From Ruminococcus albus 7 = DSM 20455 (lineage in GTDB: Bacteria > Bacillota > Clostridia > Oscillospirales > Ruminococcaceae): a stretch of 32,000 nucleotides of DNA. The position numbers and the translations under genes are program-made. The DNA lies in contig NC_014833.1 in NCBI RefSeq assembly GCF_000179635.2, positions 2,190,001 to 2,222,000 on the forward strand, written 5' to 3'. Each line of letters begins with the position of its first letter. The stretch's first letter is position 1. Shown here in pieces: positions 13,847 through 22,065 of this stretch. A model generated the notes under the pieces. It was given only the letters and a program-made list of their open reading frames with translations, was not told where the DNA came from and ran no database searches.

Positions 13847-16174
13847 ATGAAATTCAAACATATCATCGCTTCTGTAATTGCATCAGTAATGGTAAGCACG
13901 ACAGCGCTTTCCATTACAACAAGTGCAGGAAATTACACCAGGGTATCTGTTCATGATCCATCGATCGTCAAACTGAAAGACGGAAGTTATTTCATTATCG
14001 GTTCACACCTCGGGGCTGCGCGCTCATCTGATCTTATGAACTGGACATCGGCAGCAAATTCATATCTTGGTTCTACGAGGACTACTTTTTTTAATAATAT
14101 ATATACTGATCTTGCCATTCCTGAAAAATGGTCGAACACCAGCGCGAACTATGATCTTTCGGGAAATTTGTGGGCACCTGATATAATCTATAATCCATTG
14201 ATGAAGAAATATTGTATGTACCTTTCAGTAAACGGGGTAGACTGGCATTCATCTATTGTGCTGTGTACATCAGACAATATTGAAGGTCCATATTCATACA
14301 GTGGAACTATCGTATATTCCGGTTTTGAAACAAAACCTGCTAATTCTGCCAACAACTACAAAAATACAGATGTTCAAAAAGTTCTTGGAAGCAACCCCGA
14401 TCTCAGCCGTTACCTGAACAGCAGCGGAAGATGGAATGCCGAATACGGCACAAATGCAATCGACCCATGCACCTTTTATGACGAAGACGGTAAACTGTGG
14501 ATGGTATACGGCTCGTGGTTCGGTGGTATATATATGCTGGAACTGGATGAAAAAACAGGTCTGCGAGATTATAACGTAAAATATAAAACGACGTCAAGTG
14601 GAGGAGCCGTACAGTCTGATGCCTATATGGGTATCCACGTAGCAGGAGGTCACTGGGTATCAGGTGAGGGTCCTTACATTGAATATATGAAAGATCCCGC
14701 AACCAATAAGGGATATTACTATCTTTTCTTATCCTACGGCTATTTCAACAACAAGGGCGGATACAACATGCGTATCTTCCGCAGTGATAAACCACAGGGT
14801 CCATACATTGACCAGAATGGTAATTCTGCTATATTTGCACAAGGCGGAGACAATATAGCGGGCAATGTCGGTGAGCGTTTGATGAGTAACTACCAGTGGA
14901 GCTGCAATTCAAAACCAAATACAGCTCAGGGACACAACTCCGTCCTCATGGATGATGACGGTAAGCTATTTTGTATCTATCACAACAAATTTGATGATAA
15001 CTATGGCGGACACGAAGTACGTGTTCATCAAATGATTATGAACGAAGATGGCTGGCCGACAGCTACATCGTATGAATACTCAGGCGAAACATTGTCTGCC
15101 AACGGTCATACAATGGAAGCTATAGTTGGTGATTATGAGCTTATCTGGCATAATCCGAACCAGAAATTTGTTAATGAGAAATCAGCTGATGTAGAAAAGC
15201 CTATCAATATCACATTAAAAGCAGACGGTACTGTCACGGGTGATATCAGCGCAACATGGAAAATAACGAAGAACGGTACACCTTACATGAGTTTTACATG
15301 GGGAGGAGTGACCTACAAAGGCGCATTTATCGTACAGAATGATGAATCGGCTCAGGAAGTCAAGAAAATGACATTTACTGCCACAGGCATAAACATCTGC
15401 ATTTGGGGTAGTAAGAAAACTGCTTATGTTCCTTCGGAAGATATAGTTAATAAAACACCGATAAGTAACGGTTCGTATACCATAAAGAATTTGAACAGTG
15501 GTCTATACCTTAATGCTGATACTTCTAAAAACAGTGGCAGTGCTGAACAGAATACTGGTGAACAGGTTTGGAAAGTTATCGCGGACAGCGAGGGTTGGTA
15601 CACTCTTAGAACTTCTGACGGCAAGGCACTGACTGTTGCAAACAGCAGTACTGAAAACGGCGCTGATATACTTATTGCTGATTATAACGGCAGCAATTCT
15701 CAGAAATTCCGTATACTCGATGACGGAAACGGAAATATGGCTGTGCTATCAGCTGTGTCTGGCTGCAAGGCAGGACTTGACGTATACAATATAAGCAAGG
15801 ACGCAGGTGCGAATATCTGCCAGTGGGAATACTGGGGCGGTGACGGTCAGAAGTTTATATTCAAAGCTGCAGAGAATACAATTTCAAAGCCTGTTTATCC
15901 TTATGTATATCTTGTAGAGTACAACGAAAAATATCACCAGATAAGGTTTAACTGGCAACCTGTAGCCGGTGCACAAAATTACGGTATCGCAGTATATATT
16001 GCCGGTAAGTGGAGGATACAGACCCAGAGTATCGCGGGTTCAGCAACAAGCTATATCACTCCAAAGAATCTCACAGCCGGTAAAACCTATAAGGTTGCGG
16101 TGGCTGCGAAAGTAAACGGTGTATGGGGCGTTGCGGAAGCTATCAAGCACGCAGTTACAGTGACTGTAAGATAA
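13847..16174 (+). CDS. secreted GH43 glycoside hydrolase (arabinanase/xylosidase-type) with CBM13 ricin-type lectin domain and C-terminal FN3-like module
   Basis: Signal peptide MKFKHIIASVIASVMVSTTALS. GH43 catalytic motifs are VHDPSIV, NAIDPCTFYDEDGKLWMVYGSW and SGEGPYIEY. A beta-trefoil region has QxW-like repeats (EQVWKV, SQKFRI, CQWEYWGGDGQKFIF). The conserved terminal module spans 15890-16171. An AAGGAGGA RBS lies upstream. Confidence 0.85.
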   Translation: MKFKHIIASVIASVMVSTTALSITTSAGNYTRVSVHDPSIVKLKDGSYFIIGSHLGAARSSDLMNWTSAANSYLGSTRTTFFNNIYTDLAIPEKWSNTSANYDLSGNLWAPDIIYNPLMKKYCMYLSVNGVDWHSSIVLCTSDNIEGPYSYSGTIVYSGFETKPANSANNYKNTDVQKVLGSNPDLSRYLNSSGRWNAEYGTNAIDPCTFYDEDGKLWMVYGSWFGGIYMLELDEKTGLRDYNVKYKTTSSGGAVQSDAYMGIHVAGGHWVSGEGPYIEYMKDPATNKGYYYLFLSYGYFNNKGGYNMRIFRSDKPQGPYIDQNGNSAIFAQGGDNIAGNVGERLMSNYQWSCNSKPNTAQGHNSVLMDDDGKLFCIYHNKFDDNYGGHEVRVHQMIMNEDGWPTATSYEYSGETLSANGHTMEAIVGDYELIWHNPNQKFVNEKSADVEKPINITLKADGTVTGDISATWKITKNGTPYMSFTWGGVTYKGAFIVQNDESAQEVKKMTFTATGINICIWGSKKTAYVPSEDIVNKTPISNGSYTIKNLNSGLYLNADTSKNSGSAEQNTGEQVWKVIADSEGWYTLRTSDGKALTVANSSTENGADILIADYNGSNSQKFRILDDGNGNMAVLSAVSGCKAGLDVYNISKDAGANICQWEYWGGDGQKFIFKAAENTISKPVYPYVYLVEYNEKYHQIRFNWQPVAGAQNYGIAVYIAGKWRIQTQSIAGSATSYITPKNLTAGKTYKVAVAAKVNGVWGVAEAIKHAVTVTVR

Positions 16175-16189
16175 TAGAATACCAGAAAA

Positions 16190-16234
16190 AAAGGGAGCTG
16201 CTGCAAATACGCATCAGTTCCCTTTAATTATTTT
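16190..16234 (+). terminator. intrinsic terminator after the GH43 gene
   Basis: AAAGGGAGCTG (16190-16200) pairs with CAGTTCCCTTT (16215-16225) with one mismatch, followed by the T-rich AATTATTTT. Confidence 0.6.
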
Positions 16235-16276
16235 CAGTTATTCATTAAGCGGAGGAATACATTGATTATTTTGAAT

Positions 16277-16302
16277 TATGGTTATCCCCTTAACACACCA
16301 CA
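16277..16302. repeat. IS1595 terminal inverted repeat (GH43-proximal end)
   Basis: TATGGTTATCCCCTTAACACACCACA. The reverse complement of 17274-17299 is CATGGTTATCCCTTTAACACACCACA, with 2 mismatches. Confidence 0.9.
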
Positions 16303-16309
16303 AGTAAGA

Positions 16310-17185
16310 TTACTGCACCAAAGCAGCCAAAAGCCTTAAATACGCACTGTTTCCCAGCTTACGACGGTTGAATTTGTAGCAGTATTCGGCAGCATATAAC
16401 GCTGTGTGGATCTTTTCGTTTCCGTGGTAAGTTCCCATGATCATTGCTTTGAAGTTTGATATAACTTTATGCATCCAGTTCAGCTGACCGCTTGTCGGAT
16501 CATATGTTTCAAAAACATGGAAGTATTTCTGTGCCAACGGTTTCTTGTAACTTCGAGCATTATCACTCTCGATCTTCGAGCCTGCGCGGATATTATCCCT
16601 GGCAAATCTACCAACAGTTATACCCTTTAAATTCGGCACATCGCTCATTTTAACGTACTCGGGATTTCCTGCTGAGTTCTTTGATAAAGCTACGATCATT
16701 TTGACTTTTTCAGTACCTCTACCACGCTTTTTACCGTGAGTCGGAGCACCGAGATACGTGTCATCAAGTTCAACGATCCCGTCAAGCAAATAGCGTTCTT
16801 CACGGCATTTCATAGCTTTTCTGATGCGATGAAGGATGTACCATGCAGTCTTGTAGGTCACCCCCAAAGACCTCATCAGCGTAACAGCAGAAACACTGCA
16901 TTTGTTGCTCATAATGAGGAATGCGGTGACTATCCACAGTCTGAGCGGAATATGTGTTCTGTGCATAAAAGTTCCGTTTGTGGCGGATATATCTGCTTTA
17001 CAGAACTTGCAGCGCAGCTGATGGCGTGACCTTATCCTGCGGTACTCAGAGCCACCGCAAAACGGACAGGCAAAGCCCTTTTCAAAGCGGATATCAAGCA
17101 GAAAATCCTTGCAAAAGCTTTCATCTGCGAACTTTGAGTATATCCCATCAAGTGTGATCTCAGGTTTCGGAAATCTTTTTGACAT
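16310..17185 (-). CDS. IS1595-family transposase (Zn-ribbon + DDE domain)
   Basis: N-terminal zinc ribbon CPFCGG...CKFCK, an HTH-like segment SVSAVTLMRSLGVTYKTAWYILHRIR, and a DDE core beginning VELDDTYLG. The 291-aa length fits ISXO2-like transposases. Confidence 0.85.
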   Translation of the reverse strand: MSKRFPKPEITLDGIYSKFADESFCKDFLLDIRFEKGFACPFCGGSEYRRIRSRHQLRCKFCKADISATNGTFMHRTHIPLRLWIVTAFLIMSNKCSVSAVTLMRSLGVTYKTAWYILHRIRKAMKCREERYLLDGIVELDDTYLGAPTHGKKRGRGTEKVKMIVALSKNSAGNPEYVKMSDVPNLKGITVGRFARDNIRAGSKIESDNARSYKKPLAQKYFHVFETYDPTSGQLNWMHKVISNFKAMIMGTYHGNEKIHTALYAAEYCYKFNRRKLGNSAYLRLLAALVQ

Positions 17186-17215
17186 AGCGACAGCTCCCTT
17201 CGGTTTCTGTCACTA

Positions 17216-19513
17216 TTATACAATATTTTTCGGTTTTTGAGGTCTGTTTATTTGGACAGCATTGTAAATTATCTGTGGTGTGTTAAAGGGATAACCATGT
17301 TTTGAATTATGTTTTCTGTATCCCATTGCAGTCATCCCCACTCTATCACGAAACTGTCGCATAAAGTGGCTTGGTTCATGATAACCGCATTGTTCAGCGA
17401 TCTCATTTACAGATAAACCTGATGACACAAGCAATTGTTTTGCTTTTTCGATGCGTGCAAGTATCACATCTTCTTTTGCACTTATACCGAACTCTTTCTT
17501 GTAAATTCGGTGTAAATAGGTTGGGCTGATATGAAGTTCCTGCGCCATATCTTCAACAGAAAGATCTGTTTCAGGATGAAGCCATACTCGTATCTTTAAC
17601 CATAACAGATCAGATTTCAACGATTCATGATCTCCCGAACTCAGCCGCTGCTTTGCTAATTCAGCTATTTCTGCAGCTTTCAGCTGCTTTTGTTCAGCTG
17701 TTCCGTCAAGTAGTGTACTGATAGACAGCACACATGGTAATCTGCTGTACTTATCTAATGGCTGAAGCCGTTCTGCTTCATACATACAGCGGAGCAATCG
17801 CTGGAATTTCCAACTTTCTGCTGAAATAGCGCTCTTTTTGAATACAACAGCAAAAAGATGATTTCCCAGCGCAGCTATAATTTCATCCTTTTCAGATGAA
17901 AGCCTGAGTGCAGTTGAAAAAAAGTGATAGTCATTCTGATCTGTAAGTATATCATTATCATCGTATAACCCGAAAAGCCATAAGATACATTCGCCCTTAT
18001 CTATTGCAGCCAGCAGTTCAAAAAAGCCTCGCTGGTTGTAGAATCCTGTTGCCGGATCGATCGTGGAAATCACGTTATTTTTTCTTTGCTTATATTCCTG
18101 ATAGAGTTTTTGCTGTATCAAACGAAATCCGATCGCTGCTGTATTGTTCCAGTTCATAAACTGCGCATCGTAATTGATACTGTCAACATCATAATAGTAA
18201 AAAGCTGTATATCCTAAAATCTGATCTCCGTTATTCAGTGCAGATATGGTAACAAGAACAGGAGAATGATCCTGCTCAAGCATCGGCAGAAGATGTGTTA
18301 TTGGGAAACTCTGAGAATCCACATTCTGTGCATATCTGTTATAATCCATTACAAGCTGCATTGTATCAGAAAATCCTTCTCTTCTGTAAATATCGGGCCT
18401 TTCAAAATCAAATCTCCAATCACTGCAGAGACAGATGGAGATACGGTACCATCCTTGCAATGATTCCGCGCTGTCATGTATCCTTTGTATCAAACTGTCA
18501 AATGTATCCGCTCGGCTGACATGATCTGATATATCATTATTCAGGTACCTACCGCTTGTCAGATGTTTGTCTATGATATTGAGAAGTTCTCGCTCTATCC
18601 AGTTTTTTTTATTTACAGTTTTGCTTGAATATTTTAAATCAGACTTGCAGCCGCAGCTTGTACCAAAGCAGAGCCTGCTTGCAATATCAGCTTCATGGGA
18701 AATTGTTCCGGTCATATAATAATACAGTTCTGTAACAGCACGCTGTCCTTCATCGAATTTGCAACCTGACACGGTAGTGATCGAAGGTGTGTGCAACACA
18801 GCATACCATTCCCCGTCATACCCTGTGATCTTTATATCTTCAGGCACCCGGATACCTGAGGCAATAAGTCCTTCACTAAGATATATAGCCATAAGATCGC
18901 TTGCACACACGATCGCATCAGGAAGACTTTCTCTCCCGGCAGCTATCTCTCTGCCGATCAGTTCTGAGGGCTGCTTCCAAAATTCTCCAAAGTAAAGATC
19001 TTTTTCCTCGCAAAAGTCAAGTCCTGCATCGGCTAATGCTTCCAGAAATCCCGCATAACGTTCTTCTGAATTGAATTCTCCTTTAAATCCGCTCACAAAG
19101 GCAAAGTGTCTGCAATTATGTTGTTCTATCAGATGCTCTGTAAGCCGACGTATGTCCGAACGCTGATCGGAGCGTATAGTATTAAAACCTTCCTGTTTTC
19201 TTCCTATCACAACAATTGGAACAGAGATCTGACGAAGCATAGAGAAGATCATTTGTTCAGTATTATTACTGTAAAAGCTCTCAGCTATAAATATGATCCC
19301 ATCAAATTTCGTTGAATTTATCAGGGTATATACATTATCCATTTTATCTGAAACAACATGGTTATTATTTGAGAGCCGCACATCTCTTATGCCCGTAAGA
19401 CATATTGTGTCATAGCCAAGTGAGCTTGCCTTTGCATGAATGCCGTTGAGCAGTTCATAATCAAGAGGATCAAAAATCTCTGAGATTATAACAGCAATAC
19501 GTCCGATCGCCAT
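17216..19513 (-). CDS. XylR-like hybrid regulator: LacI/PBP1-type sugar-binding domain + middle domain + degenerate GGDEF-like domain + AraC-type HTH. The C-terminus is extended into the IS1595 end
   Basis: The N-terminus MAIGRIAVIISEIFDP... resembles a periplasmic-binding-protein fold with no LacI HTH. DPATGFYNQRGFFELL is a GGDEF-domain start, but the GGDEF site reads LGNHLF. The C-terminal AraC HTH is ISPTYLHRIYKKEFG...NEIAEQCGYHEPSHFMRQFRD. An AAAGGGGAG RBS lies 7 nt before ATG 19513. The last 27 codons (17297-17219) are IS sequence. Confidence 0.8.
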   Translation of the reverse strand: MAIGRIAVIISEIFDPLDYELLNGIHAKASSLGYDTICLTGIRDVRLSNNNHVVSDKMDNVYTLINSTKFDGIIFIAESFYSNNTEQMIFSMLRQISVPIVVIGRKQEGFNTIRSDQRSDIRRLTEHLIEQHNCRHFAFVSGFKGEFNSEERYAGFLEALADAGLDFCEEKDLYFGEFWKQPSELIGREIAAGRESLPDAIVCASDLMAIYLSEGLIASGIRVPEDIKITGYDGEWYAVLHTPSITTVSGCKFDEGQRAVTELYYYMTGTISHEADIASRLCFGTSCGCKSDLKYSSKTVNKKNWIERELLNIIDKHLTSGRYLNNDISDHVSRADTFDSLIQRIHDSAESLQGWYRISICLCSDWRFDFERPDIYRREGFSDTMQLVMDYNRYAQNVDSQSFPITHLLPMLEQDHSPVLVTISALNNGDQILGYTAFYYYDVDSINYDAQFMNWNNTAAIGFRLIQQKLYQEYKQRKNNVISTIDPATGFYNQRGFFELLAAIDKGECILWLFGLYDDNDILTDQNDYHFFSTALRLSSEKDEIIAALGNHLFAVVFKKSAISAESWKFQRLLRCMYEAERLQPLDKYSRLPCVLSISTLLDGTAEQKQLKAAEIAELAKQRLSSGDHESLKSDLLWLKIRVWLHPETDLSVEDMAQELHISPTYLHRIYKKEFGISAKEDVILARIEKAKQLLVSSGLSVNEIAEQCGYHEPSHFMRQFRDRVGMTAMGYRKHNSKHGYPFNTPQIIYNAVQINRPQKPKNIV
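17274..17299. repeat. IS1595 terminal inverted repeat (regulator-proximal end)
   Basis: TGTGGTGTGTTAAAGGGATAACCATG, the partner of 16277-16302, immediately followed by the TSD copy TTTTGAAT. Confidence 0.9.
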
Positions 19514-19820
19514 AAAATTACTCCCCTTTCGTCGTGATCTGTCTGAATGCCAAGATTTATAATTATTATAACGCAATTTAACGGATCTGGCAATACCTTT
19601 TATAATTATTTTAGTACTCAATAAGCTTTAATTATCGTTGATGAAATTGTATATTCAACCATTTAGCATGGTACGAATAGAGCACTCACCGTAAAAAAAT
19701 TCATAGAATTCACTGGAATTTACAGATATTTTATGTTACAATTCATAATATAAATACTGATATTAACTTTTCGGTATATCGCATGATATTGTGAAATATA
19801 TCAAAGTGAGGTGAATAAGG

Positions 19821-22016
19821 TTGGCACGCAAGAAAAGAATAGCCATTATAATGGGCAGAATATACAATAATATAAACAAAAGTCTGATCCATGGTATGCT
19901 TGTACAGGCAAATGCTCTGGGTTACAGTGCTTTTGTATTTGCTCTTAATGAAGAATGTGACAACGAACGTATAACTCATGGTGAGAAAAACCTTTTTCAC
20001 GCACTTGATTTTTCTGTAATTGACGGTGTGGTGTATGCGCCATATACCTTTTGTTCCTCGGATTATTACGGATACATAGATAATTATCTCACCGAACACT
20101 GTACTGTACCTGTAGTTCGCATCGGACTTGAGGTCGGTGATTATATACCTTTCTGGTATGATGACAGAAATGAGATATCTGATATCACTATGCATCTGAT
20201 ATACGGACACAATTGTAAAAAACTTCTGTGTCTGACAGGTCCTGCTGATATGCCTGTGGCTCAAAACAGAGCAAAAGGGTTTATTGATGCTATGCAAAAA
20301 GCAGGACTGGAATACTCTGACAAAACAATTGTATTTGGTGATTTCTGGATAAATGCCGCCAAAGATCTTGCCACCGAGATAGCAGACCATGTGAGGGAAA
20401 AGCCGGATGCAGTTGTGTGTACAAATGATAATATGGCGATATCTCTCTGTGACGCGCTGACAGAACGTGGTTATTCAGTCCCAAATGATATCCGAGTGAC
20501 AGGGTATGACGGTTCGGCTGAATCAAGAATGCACGTTCCTGCGATCACTACCTATCGGACATCACAGGAGAAGCTTGGAAAAGGGTCAGTGTGCCTGCTA
20601 TATGAAAAAATAACAGGAATACATTGTGAAACTGACAATACAGATACAGGCACAATACTCTGCCGCGAAAGCTGCGGTTGCAGTAACTGCCATGAACGTG
20701 ATGAAGCTTTTGATGCTGAACACAGATTGACAGAAGAAGGATATATGGACTCAATGGTATCTGCAGCATTCCATGACGCAGATACATTGGATGAACTTGT
20801 AAATGAGATGTTCGCCATGCGCTACAAGTTCATATACAACAAAGATTTCACTGACAGCCGTTTGTTGCTGTGCCTTTGCAGCGACTGGGATAATGTCAGC
20901 AATGAGTACAGGCGTGACGGATATTCGGATACGATGTACCTTATAAGTTCAGACGGGAGCAGATGCAGTTTCCGTCAAAGCGAAATTCTGCCTGAGATAC
21001 TTGACAGAGAAGGATTTTCATCCACATTTTTTCTTCCTGTTCATTTTCAAGATCAGTGCTACGGATATATTGCACTTGACTTAGACGAGAATATCGATAA
21101 CTTCAATATGGAATATATTAAATATTGCAGAGAGGTCAACAATGCACTGAAATACCTGAGTACGAAAAACGAGCTTAAACGCCTGCAGCATCGACAGTCC
21201 GTCAGCCTTTCAAGAGATCAGCTGACAGGATTATATGTTTTTCAGAATTGCAAAGATGTATGGGCTGAGATCCGTGATTCTTCAGCAGAAAACAATGAGC
21301 AACTCTATATGGCTGTTGTTTCCGCGGGAGGTATAAGGCATATTGAAAACAAATTCGGCTCGGTCGAAAGTGATAAGTGTATCATGACCATAGCCGAAAT
21401 TCTATCAAAATGCTGCCGAAGCCGTGAATGGCTTTTCAAAGCGACAGACAGAAGCTTTGTAATGATAGGTTCAGGCAACAATCCAGACAAGCATTTAGAT
21501 GAATATATAAAGAAGATCGAAGAAAAGATGTGGAGATATACGATCACAAGCAGTGAGGATCATATCATCTATATCAGATCCGAATCAAAGGTAGTTAAAG
21601 ATCCGACAACTCTCAGTAAAGAAGATGTTTTAGATATGTTCACAAGAATGCTGGAGATGATCGACGAAAGAGCAGAAAAACAACTTTCCAGCCATATCCA
21701 CTATTCAGAACTACTCAAACTCCGAAGAGATATCTTTGTACACCCTGAGTTCAGCTGGAGTGGTGATATGTGCAGTCAGAAACTGAATATCAGCAAATCC
21801 TATTTTTATAAGATCTATCTGCAAACATTTGGCATAAACTTTATTCATGATCTGAAAAAAAGCAGAATGAACTGTGCAAAAGACCTTCTGACCTCTACTT
21901 CCCTTCTGCTGCCCGATATTGCTGAACGGTGCGGGTATGATTATTATAACTTCATGCGCGTTTTCAAAAGAGAGTATGGAATCACACCGACACAGTACCG
22001 CAAAAACGATCATTAA
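19821..22016 (+). CDS. XylR-like hybrid regulator (paralogue of 17216-19513): PBP1 sugar-binding + middle domain + degenerate GGDEF-like + AraC HTH
   Basis: TTG start at 19821 with a GAGGTG RBS 8 nt upstream. The N-terminus KRIAIIMGRIYNN... is PBP1-like. DQLTGLY and IRHIENKFGSVESDKCIMTIAEIL are GGDEF-like, with the active site degenerated to ATDRSF. The C-terminal AraC HTH is ISKSYFYKIYLQTFG...DIAERCGYDYYNFMRVFKREYG. It shares LCLCSDW...YRRDGYSDTM with its paralogue. Confidence 0.8.
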   Translation: MARKKRIAIIMGRIYNNINKSLIHGMLVQANALGYSAFVFALNEECDNERITHGEKNLFHALDFSVIDGVVYAPYTFCSSDYYGYIDNYLTEHCTVPVVRIGLEVGDYIPFWYDDRNEISDITMHLIYGHNCKKLLCLTGPADMPVAQNRAKGFIDAMQKAGLEYSDKTIVFGDFWINAAKDLATEIADHVREKPDAVVCTNDNMAISLCDALTERGYSVPNDIRVTGYDGSAESRMHVPAITTYRTSQEKLGKGSVCLLYEKITGIHCETDNTDTGTILCRESCGCSNCHERDEAFDAEHRLTEEGYMDSMVSAAFHDADTLDELVNEMFAMRYKFIYNKDFTDSRLLLCLCSDWDNVSNEYRRDGYSDTMYLISSDGSRCSFRQSEILPEILDREGFSSTFFLPVHFQDQCYGYIALDLDENIDNFNMEYIKYCREVNNALKYLSTKNELKRLQHRQSVSLSRDQLTGLYVFQNCKDVWAEIRDSSAENNEQLYMAVVSAGGIRHIENKFGSVESDKCIMTIAEILSKCCRSREWLFKATDRSFVMIGSGNNPDKHLDEYIKKIEEKMWRYTITSSEDHIIYIRSESKVVKDPTTLSKEDVLDMFTRMLEMIDERAEKQLSSHIHYSELLKLRRDIFVHPEFSWSGDMCSQKLNISKSYFYKIYLQTFGINFIHDLKKSRMNCAKDLLTSTSLLLPDIAERCGYDYYNFMRVFKREYGITPTQYRKNDH

Positions 22017-22065
22017 AAACAATCAAGTCCGTGATAACATTTTGGATCATCACGGACTTGATATT

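Larger units (their letters stand above)
16277..17299 (-). mobile_element. IS1595-family (ISXO2-like) insertion sequence, complete, 1023 bp
   Basis: Terminal inverted repeats match at 24 of 26 positions. They are flanked by a perfect 8-bp direct repeat TTTTGAAT at 16269-16276 and 17300-17307, and 8 bp is the TSD size expected for IS1595. There is a single transposase ORF inside. Confidence 0.9.

Noticed and set aside
19743-20390. 215-aa minus-strand ORF overlapping the start of the second regulator, plus similar antisense ORFs at 26796-27371 and 29186-29686
   Set aside because: They are antisense to genes with clear family motifs. Their compositionally odd translations (Ile/Tyr/Phe-rich or Ser/Leu-rich) reflect the AT-rich or repetitive opposite strand.
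17600-21500. GGDEF-like domains of the two regulators as active diguanylate cyclases
   Set aside because: The GG(D/E)EF signature is replaced by LGNHLF and ATDRSF, and the upstream metal-binding Asp positions are not conserved. Catalytic activity is unlikely.
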